This document shows, one piece after another, positions 20,360-30,899 of a DNA stretch of 40,379 nucleotides. Positions within the stretch are counted from its first letter, which is position 1. Each line of letters starts with the position of its first letter. The position numbers were made by a program, and so were the translations under genes. The notes under the pieces are model-generated. The model saw only the letters and a program-made list of their open reading frames with translations. It did no database searches and was not told where the DNA came from. The DNA comes from Candidatus Woesearchaeota archaeon B3_Woes (GTDB taxonomy: Archaea; Nanobdellota; Nanobdellia; Woesearchaeales; B3-WOES): NCBI GenBank assembly GCA_005222965.1, contig NJBG01000001.1:960167-1000545 (forward strand), given 5' to 3'.

Positions 20360-20461
20360 AATTTATAAATCTTTCTATTTTGTTACTACCACTTAGTAAA
20401 GAATACGCCACGGTCCAGCTAAGATACTTTTTGTACCCCTAAAATGGCGTCAATTAAAAAA
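20360..20461 (-). repeat. attP-like junction: tRNA-Ser 3' core flanked by both arms
   Basis: 20360-20418 matches 22854-22911; 20408-20461 matches 19007-19060. Confidence 0.85.
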
Positions 20462-20477
20462 GAAAAAGGGTTTGGCT

Positions 20478-21599
20478 TTAACGTGTTCGTTGAAGTACAT
20501 TCATAACAACATCATTATCTACATGAGTTGCATATGTACCATTAAATTCATGCATTTGACCAATAGAAATTGGAAGAACATATCTTGCTTTACCATCTTT
20601 TGCTTTCTTATCTCTTGAAGTTACATCGATTATATTTTCATTGGAGATTCCATTTGGAATAGTTATAGGTAAACCAACTGCCACCAATAATGCTTCTTGG
20701 GCTTGCAAATCTTTTTGAGAAAAATAACCCAATCGGTTTGCTATTCTTCCAGCAACCATCATACCTATTGCAACGGCTTCACCATGCGATAATTCAAAAT
20801 TGCTCAATTTTTCCACAGCATGACCAACAGTATGTCCATAATTAAGTATTTTTCTTAATCCCTTTTCATGCGGATCAACTTCAACTACATTTCCTTTTAT
20901 GCCACAATTATTTTTAGCTATATACAATGAAGATTCTGAAGATCTCTCAAGAACCAAACCAACATTTTCTTGTAAATAGTTAAAGAACTCTGCATCTTGA
21001 ATTACACCATGTTTTATAGTTTCTGCTAAGCCATTCCTATAATCTTCTTCAGAAAGTGTTTTTAATGTTGCAACATCAATGTAAACTCGTTCAGGTTGCT
21101 TGAATGCACCAACTAAATTTTTTCCATATTCAGTATCAACAGCAGTTTTTCCTCCAATTGACGAATCTGCTTGAGCAAGAACAGTAGTTGGAATTTGAAT
21201 ATATGGGATGCCTCTGTTAAATATTGTTGCCATAAACCCCGCCATATCTCCAACAACTCCACCCCCAAGTGCAAGAATTGCAGAGTCTCTCCCGTACGTA
21301 TGATGAGACATTTCACCCATCATTGTCATGCAAGAATCTATTGTTTTATTTTGTTCTCCTGCTTCAAAAGAAAATATTTGAGTTTCAATTCCTTCACTCC
21401 TTAAAGCATCTTCTAAGGATTCTTCATATAATTCTCTAACATTTGAATCTGTAACTATAGCGTATCTAGAACCAATAGGTTTATCTTTTAAATCCGATGC
21501 TATTTGAGGAAATAATTCATTTCCAAAAACAAGGTTATAGGACTCATCTATTTCCCTTTTCAGATTTATTCTCATTACATTATCTTTTGATTCAACCAT
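20478..21599 (-). CDS. aroB: 3-dehydroquinate synthase
   Basis: ALGGGVVGD, PTTVLAQADSSIGGKT, KNLVGAF, LNYGHTVGHA, HGEAVAIG; TATA at 21621 favours ATG 21599. Confidence 0.92.
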   Translation of the reverse strand: MVESKDNVMRINLKREIDESYNLVFGNELFPQIASDLKDKPIGSRYAIVTDSNVRELYEESLEDALRSEGIETQIFSFEAGEQNKTIDSCMTMMGEMSHHTYGRDSAILALGGGVVGDMAGFMATIFNRGIPYIQIPTTVLAQADSSIGGKTAVDTEYGKNLVGAFKQPERVYIDVATLKTLSEEDYRNGLAETIKHGVIQDAEFFNYLQENVGLVLERSSESSLYIAKNNCGIKGNVVEVDPHEKGLRKILNYGHTVGHAVEKLSNFELSHGEAVAIGMMVAGRIANRLGYFSQKDLQAQEALLVAVGLPITIPNGISNENIIDVTSRDKKAKDGKARYVLPISIGQMHEFNGTYATHVDNDVVMNVLQRTR

Positions 21600-21641
21600 G
21601 CTCTTGGCATTCTTAGTATATTTATAAATCTTCACAAATCC

Positions 21642-22331
21642 TTATTCTTTACCCAGATTAACAGGGTGGTATAGACTAATGTGAGTATTTCCTGGCTCAG
21701 AAGTTATTCCTAATGGGGCTTGAAGATATTTTGAAGCAAGTGTTGCAAAATACAATCCAAAACCAGTTCCCCCTTGACGAGACCTTAAAGTTACTCCAAA
21801 CTCAAGAAAATCTTTTAATGGTTTGTCTTTTGGGAAACCTTCTCCTGTATCATGTACATCAAATTTCATAAAATAACCTCCTTGTTTTGCACCCTTTGGA
21901 ATAAAAACTGGATTTTTAATAATACCACCAAGATGCTCACTAATTGTAAGAGTAACAGTACCTTCTTCTCGTCCTATAGCATTAAATCCATTCTTAGCCA
22001 GATTATAAAGTGCAGAATATAAAATACACGCGTCTCCAACTAATGTTTTTTCATTTGTATTAATATTAACAGATAAATCTTTTTTATCAGCCTTAAAAAC
22101 TCCTTGCATGGTCTCTAAGTGATTATTAATTCCTAATATGTTGTAATGACAATCCTGTTGTGTTAACTGAGATATGGCCATTATTACACGTCCAACATGA
22201 GAATTTCTATAGTGGGCAAAATCTTCCTCTCCTTGAAGAAGAGTCATGCCGTGTTGACTCATGATATCGTGCCCAATTAGTCCTGTTACTGATACTTTCT
22301 CTTCCAAAGTTAATGGGTTTTCTACGTTCAT
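21642..22331 (-). CDS. Minimal histidine-kinase-like protein (H-box plus HATPase_c, no sensor domain)
   Basis: IGHDI, LYNLAKNG (N-box), HDTGEGF (G1), GTGFGL (G2), SEPG. Confidence 0.75.
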   Translation of the reverse strand: MNVENPLTLEEKVSVTGLIGHDIMSQHGMTLLQGEEDFAHYRNSHVGRVIMAISQLTQQDCHYNILGINNHLETMQGVFKADKKDLSVNINTNEKTLVGDACILYSALYNLAKNGFNAIGREEGTVTLTISEHLGGIIKNPVFIPKGAKQGGYFMKFDVHDTGEGFPKDKPLKDFLEFGVTLRSRQGGTGFGLYFATLASKYLQAPLGITSEPGNTHISLYHPVNLGKE

Positions 22332-22367
22332 TTTAGACTTTAACTCATCATAGTAGAAGTTGGTTTT

Positions 22368-22823
22368 TTAAATACCAGTTAACATATTTGCAATCCTAAC
22401 CACTTCAGTATAATGAACTTGCATTAGTTCTTTACCAATAACTTGTTCAGGATCATAAATATGTGCTTGAAGCACTTCTTCAGTGCCTACGACTTGTAAA
22501 TTTTGTACAAAATTCAATTTGTCCTGTTCAGATAAATTAGCTGTATCTGGTCCTGCGTATTTACCTTTTTTTTCAAATAAAATAAACTGACCGTTTTGAG
22601 GCTTAAAATCTAAGCTTTCTATATCAGGATCAACTTGATATAGTTTATTATTTATAGGATCATATCCATCACCATCTTCTCCACACATAAATAAACCAAG
22701 GAATCTTCTACTAAAAACATGTGCTTTCTCACCTTGCATTTGTCCAAGAATAAACCGAGTAGCTTCATCCTGACTTTCGGAAAGTTTACCTTGATAAGTT
22801 TCAATTATATCTGATAAATCCAT
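22368..22823 (-). CDS. Hypothetical protein
   Basis: ORF ~30 nt downstream of TATA at 22856-22863. Confidence 0.65.
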   Translation of the reverse strand: MDLSDIIETYQGKLSESQDEATRFILGQMQGEKAHVFSRRFLGLFMCGEDGDGYDPINNKLYQVDPDIESLDFKPQNGQFILFEKKGKYAGPDTANLSEQDKLNFVQNLQVVGTEEVLQAHIYDPEQVIGKELMQVHYTEVVRIANMLTGI

Positions 22824-22898
22824 ATAAATCACTGATTTACTGGAATTTATACTAATTTATAAATCTTTCGGTTCGTAACTACTATTTAGTAAAGAATA

Positions 22899-22981
22899 CG
22901 CCACGGCCCAGATTTGAACTGGGATATCCAGAGGAAACAAGATTTCCAATCTTGCGCAGTACCAAGTTGTGCCACCGTGGC
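22899..22981 (-). tRNA. tRNA-Ser(GGA), intronless, CCA not encoded
   Basis: GCCACGG/CCGTGGC acceptor, CAAGA-TTGGAAA-TCTTG anticodon arm, long variable arm, CCCAG-TTCAAAT-CTGGG T arm, G discriminator. Confidence 0.96.
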
Positions 22982-23117
22982 TTAGAAAAAAGAGAAGTAT
23001 AACTATTTATAAAAGTTATGTAAAGAATTTATTTTTCAAAAGATTTTTAAAGATTATACTAGTTATAAACAAGAAGAGGTGGTAAAAACCTCAGATTAGA
23101 TTTCTGAGTGAATTAAT

Positions 23118-23861
23118 ATGAGCGACAATAGTATAATACCCTCTAAGATTTACAAACCCTTTGGTGATATAAAACAATTAGCATATGACAGGTCAAGGAC
23201 TGTTGTAGATTTAAATCCATTTCTTCAAGATGTTTTTGAAGGAAGAGATAGAGTATTAGGAAAACCAGATTTTAAAAGATTTGAAACAAATGGCGATGTA
23301 ACTACCTATTTTTTCAGAATGCAAGAGTTCTTTCAAGCTTTCATGCCTAAGTATGGTGTTGATAATGTAAATAATTTTTTTACACAGCATCTTTCAACTG
23401 ATGAACTTCAATCAGAATCATTTTTAACAATGATAGGAAAATTTAGTGAGGACTATTATAAAGTTCTTTTTGGAGATTCACGTTATACAAAAAAAGGAAA
23501 TGTGACATTATTCCCTTTAAATCTACCTCGAAAAGAGCTGTCAACTTTATTACGAACTCATAAATTAAGAAGAGATGAAAAACTCTGGATATATGGTGGA
23601 TATTGTTTATCTAAGTCAAGATTTTTAGAGGAATCAGTAAATTGGTATGTCCCAGATGAACCCAATTGTAATGATCATTATGGAACAGATGTGTCATTAG
23701 ATAAATTAATCAAAGTTCAATTTGATTTTATATTTGAAGGAAAGGATGTAATATTTATGCCAAGAAGTGGGGAACTAGATGTACCTACTGAATTTGAAAT
23801 GATTGTACGTTATAAAATTCCTACAGATAATCTAACGATTATAAGAAAACCAAAAGAATAA
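23118..23861 (+). CDS. Hypothetical protein
   Basis: 247-aa ORF between tRNA-Ser and rps10, opposite strand. Confidence 0.7.
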   Translation: MSDNSIIPSKIYKPFGDIKQLAYDRSRTVVDLNPFLQDVFEGRDRVLGKPDFKRFETNGDVTTYFFRMQEFFQAFMPKYGVDNVNNFFTQHLSTDELQSESFLTMIGKFSEDYYKVLFGDSRYTKKGNVTLFPLNLPRKELSTLLRTHKLRRDEKLWIYGGYCLSKSRFLEESVNWYVPDEPNCNDHYGTDVSLDKLIKVQFDFIFEGKDVIFMPRSGELDVPTEFEMIVRYKIPTDNLTIIRKPKE

Positions 23862-23862
23862 T

Positions 23863-24171
23863 TTATTCTATCATTTCAATCTCAATATTAAGGCCTTCAG
23901 GAATAGGAACTCTCATCACAAGTCTTAAAGCACGCTCATCCATACCCAAATCAATAAGACGCTTATGAATTCTCATCTCATATCTTTCCCAGGAAGCTTT
24001 ACCTTCACCACAAGGAGATTTACGAGTAGTTACTTTTAATTTTTTAGTAGGAAGAGGTATAGGGCCTCGAATTTCAACACCTGTTTTTTTAGAAATGTCT
24101 TTAATGTAGTCACATACTTCATTAATCTTGTATATATCTATACTTGCTAGTTTTATTCTTGCTTTTGACAT
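23863..24171 (-). CDS. rps10: 30S ribosomal protein S10 (uS10)
   Basis: GPIPLPTK, RKSPCGEG, YEMRIHKRLID. Confidence 0.98.
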   Translation of the reverse strand: MSKARIKLASIDIYKINEVCDYIKDISKKTGVEIRGPIPLPTKKLKVTTRKSPCGEGKASWERYEMRIHKRLIDLGMDERALRLVMRVPIPEGLNIEIEMIE

Positions 24172-24240
24172 TTTCTAAGTTATCTTGGTGTTTGCCCCAT
24201 AATAAACCCAGTTTATCATGACTTCAAAAAAGAAAAAAAA

Positions 24241-25524
24241 TTATTTCTTCTTAACTAAGTCAATACACATTCCAGCAGCAACAGTTGCTCCAGAATCTCT
24301 GATAGCAAATCTTGAGAGCTGTGGAATCTCTTTTTGTTTCTCAATGCACATTGGCTGTACAGGCTTTATTTTTATAATTGCCGCATCTCCATTCTTGATG
24401 AAATCTGGGTTTTCTTGTAGAGTTTCACCAGTCTTTGGATTCAATTTCTTCTCAATAGCCATTATTTGACAAGCCACTTGAGCAGTATGAATATGGAATA
24501 CTGGTGTATATCCTACTGTCATAACAGTTGGATGATTTAATACAACTATCTGAGCAGTAAACTCTGAAGCCAATGTAGGTGGATTGTCAACAGGACCTAA
24601 AACATCTCCTCTTGCAATATCTTTCTTACCAATTCCCCTAACACTAAATCCAACATTATCTCCTGGTTGTGCTTCCTGCATTTGTTCATGGTGCATCTCA
24701 ATTGTTTTAACTTCTCCTTGTACACCTTTTCCTTCTCTTCCAGGAACTACAATTACTTTCTGTCCTACTTTCATAACTCCTGTTTCAACTCTTCCAACAG
24801 GAACAACACCAATACCAGTTATACTATAGACATCCTGGATAGGTAGTCTTAAAGGTAAATTAGTTGGTTTTTCAGGTACAGTTAATGTATCTAATGTTTT
24901 AAGTAATGTTTCTCCAGAATACCATGACATGTTTTCTGATTTTTTAACAACATTATCTCCTACTAAAGAAGCAATAGGAACAAAAGTTATTTTGCTTGGA
25001 TCATATCCAACACTTTGTAACAATTTTTCAACTTCCCCTTTAACTTCATTAAATCTTTTCTCATCATATTTGACCATATCCATCTTATTAACAGCTACAA
25101 TTATTTGATTAACACCTAATGTTTTAGCTAAGAAGATATGTTCTTTTGTCTGAGCCATAACTCCGTCGTTAGCAGCCACTACAACAACACCAGCATCTGC
25201 TTGTGCAGCACCAGTAATCATATTTTTAATAAAATCTTTATGTCCAGGTGCGTCAATTATTGTAAAATAATATTTAGGAGTCTCAAATTTTTTATGAGCT
25301 AAGTCAATTGTAACTCCCCTTTCTCTCTCTTCCTTTAGATTATCCATAACAAAAGCAAATTCAAAACCACCCTTTCCTAACTCCTCTGCTTTCTCTTTTA
25401 ATTTCCTCATAGTCTGTTCGTCAATATTTCCAGAATCAAATAATAACCTGCCCACACTAGTTGATTTACCATGATCTACATGACCTACAAATACTAAATT
25501 CATATGTTCTTTTTTCTCTGCCAT
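24241..25524 (-). CDS. tuf: Translation elongation factor EF-1alpha
   Basis: [27 protein letters not shown]; archaeal type. Confidence 0.99.
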   Translation of the reverse strand: MAEKKEHMNLVFVGHVDHGKSTSVGRLLFDSGNIDEQTMRKLKEKAEELGKGGFEFAFVMDNLKEERERGVTIDLAHKKFETPKYYFTIIDAPGHKDFIKNMITGAAQADAGVVVVAANDGVMAQTKEHIFLAKTLGVNQIIVAVNKMDMVKYDEKRFNEVKGEVEKLLQSVGYDPSKITFVPIASLVGDNVVKKSENMSWYSGETLLKTLDTLTVPEKPTNLPLRLPIQDVYSITGIGVVPVGRVETGVMKVGQKVIVVPGREGKGVQGEVKTIEMHHEQMQEAQPGDNVGFSVRGIGKKDIARGDVLGPVDNPPTLASEFTAQIVVLNHPTVMTVGYTPVFHIHTAQVACQIMAIEKKLNPKTGETLQENPDFIKNGDAAIIKIKPVQPMCIEKQKEIPQLSRFAIRDSGATVAAGMCIDLVKKK

Positions 25525-25583
25525 TTCTTTTACCCTCCATATACTAAATTATTAATTTAATAGAACTTAGAGTTTTTAGGGTA

Positions 25584-25631
25584 TTTATAAAGGTTTCGGA
25601 ATTATTACAAAGGAAACGAAAGCTTTAAATA
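25584..25631. promoter_or_regulatory. Divergent BRE/TATA promoters for tuf (minus) and rRNA operon (plus)
   Basis: TTTATAAA at ~25584 and CGAAAGC-TTTAAATA at ~25617-25631. Confidence 0.65.
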
Positions 25632-25854
25632 CCCCCCATTATTTCTCCATCTCACTATTAAAATTATGCGATAGTAGCCTTAAAATCTTTAAGATTTTAG
25701 GTCAAAATTCTTTAATCGTTTGTCAGAAAACGAAAAAAGATGGTGTCAAAAACCAAATCACCACCTGTTATATTTTATTGTGCTTGATAAAGCTATCAAG
25801 CATATGTAGAGAGTAAAGTTCCAAATAAGTATTTAAAATTGCGACCAATAATTA

Positions 25855-27454
<1,600 letters not shown>

Positions 27455-27504
27455 TTTTATTTTTATCAAAATAACTGGAACTTTACTCTTTTCATAATCA
27501 TTAT

Positions 27505-27626
27505 GGGCCCGTAGCTCAGCCGTAGAGCGTCGCCCTTGCATGGGTTTAACCTTTAAGTAAGGCGGAGGTCTCGGGTTCGAAAGGATGGATCTCAAAGGAT
27601 TTATTCAGAAAGTCCCGACGGGTCCA
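27505..27626 (+). tRNA. tRNA-Ala(TGC) with two introns (37/38: 27541-27559; 59/60: 27582-27612)
   Basis: GGGCCCG/CGGGTCC acceptor with G3:U70; removing both inserts restores CTTGCAA anticodon loop and TTCGAAT T loop. Confidence 0.92.
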
Positions 27627-27711
27627 TTCCAAATCACATTTCAATCATTCATAACTCATATTTATTAAATTAAATGCAGTTCAACAATGAATTTTGTTGG
27701 ATCAAGGGTTG

Positions 27712-27765
27712 ACGTCTTGGAAATCTTAAATTTCCGAGATGCTCAAAAATCTTAGATTTTTGACA
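27712..27765. repeat. Tandem palindromes in rRNA spacer; related hairpin at 25679-25701
   Basis: TCTTGGAAAT..ATTTCCGAGA and TCAAAAATC-TTA-GATTTTTGA; leader has TAAAATCTT-T-AAGATTTTA. Confidence 0.6.
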
Positions 27766-27800
27766 TTTAAATGAAACCATACATAGGTAAATCCAATTAG

Positions 27801-30716
27801 ATGATTAAACACTATTAGGTGGATGACTAGGCTCTAATGCTGATGAAGAACGTGACAAGCTACGATATGCTCTGGCGAGTGGCACGTACACGTTGAACCA
27901 GAGATTTTTGAATAGGACTTCCTTTTAAATCCGCAAGGATGGGGAACCTGGGGAATTGAAACGTCTTAGTACCCAGAGGAAAAGAAATCAATAGAGATAT
28001 GCTTAGTAAGAGCGACTGAAAGGCATATAAGGCAAACTGAATCCTGTATGGAAATATATAGGAGATGTGGTGTTGTAAGGCTGCTCATTATTCTATCTAG
28101 GGAACTTGAAGTTTTCTGGAAAGTTACGCCATAGAGGGTGATAGCCCCGTAAAGGTAACTTAGAAGATGTTTGAGCGTGTTCTTGAGTAGTGCCCACTGA
28201 ATACTGGGTACGAAATTAGGAGAATCAACTTCTAACCTTAAATACAATTAGAGACCGATAGCAAACCAGTACCGTGAGGGAAAGTTGAAAAGAACCCTTA
28301 ACAGGGAGTTAAAAGATCCTGAAACCTAATAGTTATAGTGGGGTACGGCTCTTCGGAGTTGTACCGTTCGTTTTGAATAACGAGCCAGGGAGTTTACTTA
28401 AGTGGCAAGGTTAGAGTGTTAAAACTCAAGCCATAGCGAAAGCGATTACCCGCAGTTTACGAGGGGTAAGGTGTGAAAGTGCCTTTAAGTCACTTGAGTA
28501 TGACCCGAAGCCGGACGATCTAAGCGAGGGTAAGGTGAAATGCGAGTTATATCGCATGGAGGCCTGAAGAAGTTCTACGGGCAAGTGTTTTTCTAACCTT
28601 CGTTTAGGGGTGAAAAGCCAATCGAGTCCGGCAATAGCTGGTTCCTACCGAAGTTGGCCTTAGTCAAGCGTCGTCAGAGATTGCTGAGAGGGTAGAGATA
28701 CTAATTGAGGGTTTAGGTTTCGAAAGAGATCGGTCTTCATTTAAACTCCGAATATCTTAGCATCGTAGAAGACGGCAGACGCCGGCAAGGGGTAAGCCTT
28801 TGTCGGGAGAGGGGAACAACCCAGACTATAGTTAAGGTCCCAAAAACTAATCAAGTGTTAAAGGGTGAAGGGTGTCTATAACCACAGACAGCGAGGAGGT
28901 TGGCTTAGAAGCAGCCATCCTTTAAAAAGTGCGTAACAGCTTACTTGTCAAGGTTATAGGCCCTTAAAATGGACGGGGCTAAATTAGTTACCGATACTAT
29001 AGGCAACTGAAAAGTTTGCGATAGGTAGGCGTTCTATTTGAGTAGAAGTATCTCTGAGAGGGGGTATGAATCAAATAGAAATGAGAATCCTGGCGAAAGT
29101 AGGAGCATAGTAGCTTGAGAATAGCTACCACCGAAAGGGCAAGGGTTCCTTGACAATGTAGTTCAGTCAAGGGTAAGTTGATCCTAACTGATCTCCTAGA
29201 CGGAGATATATGGAAAGGGAAACAGGTTAATATTCCTGTACTATTTAAGTATGCGTGGCAACACAAGGTTAATTCTTGACGCTTTGGATTAGACCAATTA
29301 AGACTGTCGTCTTAATTAACAGAAATAAATCAAGGGAGTATCGTAATGATGAGAACTTGATTAAATTTTGGAATAGCAAGCCTATGGCTTGTTTGGTTGA
29401 TATCTGGAGCCCGTGAAAAAAGAATTAGCAAAGATCTTAGATAATCATACCCAGAACCAGCACAGGTGCCCCTGGGTGAGAAGCCCAAGGTGTGAAGGTT
29501 TAATCTGATTGAGGGAATTCGGCAAAATAGCCCTGTATCTTAGGTATAAAGGGTCCCTGCATTTGTATGTTTTTATATGCGATTGCAAGGTTCAATAACA
29601 AAGAGGGTCCGACTGTTTAACAAAAACTTAACTGACTGCTAAGCTGCAAAGCCTTGTATAGTCGGTGACGTCTGCCCAGTGTCCGTACTTGAAACTTGGG
29701 TTCAACCAAGCTAAGAGCGGATAAACGGCGGGGGTAACTATAACTCTCTTAAGGTAGCGAAATGCCTTGCCGTTTTATTGACGGCCTGCATGAATGGCGT
29801 AACGAGATCCTCACTGTCCCCAATCAGAATCCTCCGAATCCTCTTTACTGGTGCAAAGGCCAGTGATCTCCAGTGGGAAGCGAAGACCCCGTGAAACTTT
29901 ACTGTAGTTTGTTGTTGTGAAGTTGGTTTTAATGTATAGTGTAAGTGGGAGTCGTTAAAGCTTAGACGCTAGTTTGAGTGTAGACACCAATGTAACACCA
30001 CTCTTTGAAACTTACTTTGCTTACTTGGAAACAAGGACATCAATAGATGGACAGTTTGGCTGGGGTGGCACACCGTTGAAAATATATCAATGGTGCCCAA
30101 TGGTTGACTCAGGAAGGTCAGAAATCTTCTGTTGAGTGCAAAGGCAAAAGTCAGCCTGATTGGATTTAAACCAAGAATAATCCAAAGTAGAAATACTGGC
30201 TTAGCGAACCTCTGTGCCTTCTTGATGGGGGCCAGAGATGACCGAAAAGTTACTCCGGGGATAACAGAGTTGTCGCGCCCAAGAGTTCAAATTGGATGAA
30301 ATAATTCATCCATGAATATATCGACGGCGCGGCTTGCTACATCGATGTCGGCTCTTCCTATCCTGGCTGTGCATAAGCAGCCAAGGGTGCGGGTGTTCAC
30401 CGATTAAAAGGGATCGTGAGCTGGGTTCAGAACGCTGTGAGGCAGTTTGTTTGATATCTACTGGAGATGTTGATGTCTGAAGGGAAGGGACTCATAGTAC
30501 GAGAGGAACTGAGTCTCGGGGCCACTGGTCTATCTGTTATCTGACAAGGTATGCAGAGCAGCTACGCCCTCCACGGATAAGTGCTGAAAGCATCTAAGCA
30601 CCAAGCCGTCCTTGAAAATAGACATCTTAGAACACGGATAGAAGATCCGTTTGATGGGATTGATGTGTACGTACCAAGGCAACGAGGTATTCAGCATGCA
30701 ATTTCCAATAGTTCAT
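27801..30716 (+). rRNA. rrl: 23S rRNA (with 29-nt intron); ends approximate
   Basis: GAATTGAAACGTCTTAGTACC, TAACTATAACTCTCTTAAGGTAGC, GGGATAACAG, sarcin-ricin AGTACGAGAGGAAC; 20-bp perfect processing stem 27773-27792/30734-30753. Confidence 0.97.
30291..30319 (+). other. 29-nt hairpin intron/IVS at tip of 23S helix 89
   Basis: TGGATGAA-ATAA-TTCATCCA hairpin interrupts GAGTTCA.ATCGAC; junction +/-1 nt. Confidence 0.85.
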
Positions 30717-30753
30717 TTATTCTAATTGGATATATTTACCTATGTATGGTTTC

Positions 30754-30776
30754 TTTTTTTACTTTCTAATTTTTTA
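30754..30776 (+). terminator. Oligo-T tracts ending rRNA operon
   Basis: T-runs directly after processing stem; no 5S follows. Confidence 0.55.
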
Positions 30777-30899
30777 TCTTTAATAGTGAAAACTATAATC
30801 TTTTTAATTTAAATATTCTCCATCTGATAATAGTAACAACCAAAACATTTATAAGTGGATTCTCATTAATTGTTTTATATTTTACTAGGAGGCATATAA

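Larger units (their letters stand above)
19007..22912 (-). mobile_element. Two tandem integrase-less islets integrated at tRNA-Ser(GGA) 3' end
   Basis: Three tRNA-3' cores at 22901, 20408 and 19007 with complementary arm sharing; core-to-core distances 2493 and 1401 bp. Confidence 0.7.

Noticed and set aside
19007..22912. CRISPR array or classical integron attC sites
   Set aside because: Repeats are kb apart, derive from tRNA, and no cas or intI gene is present
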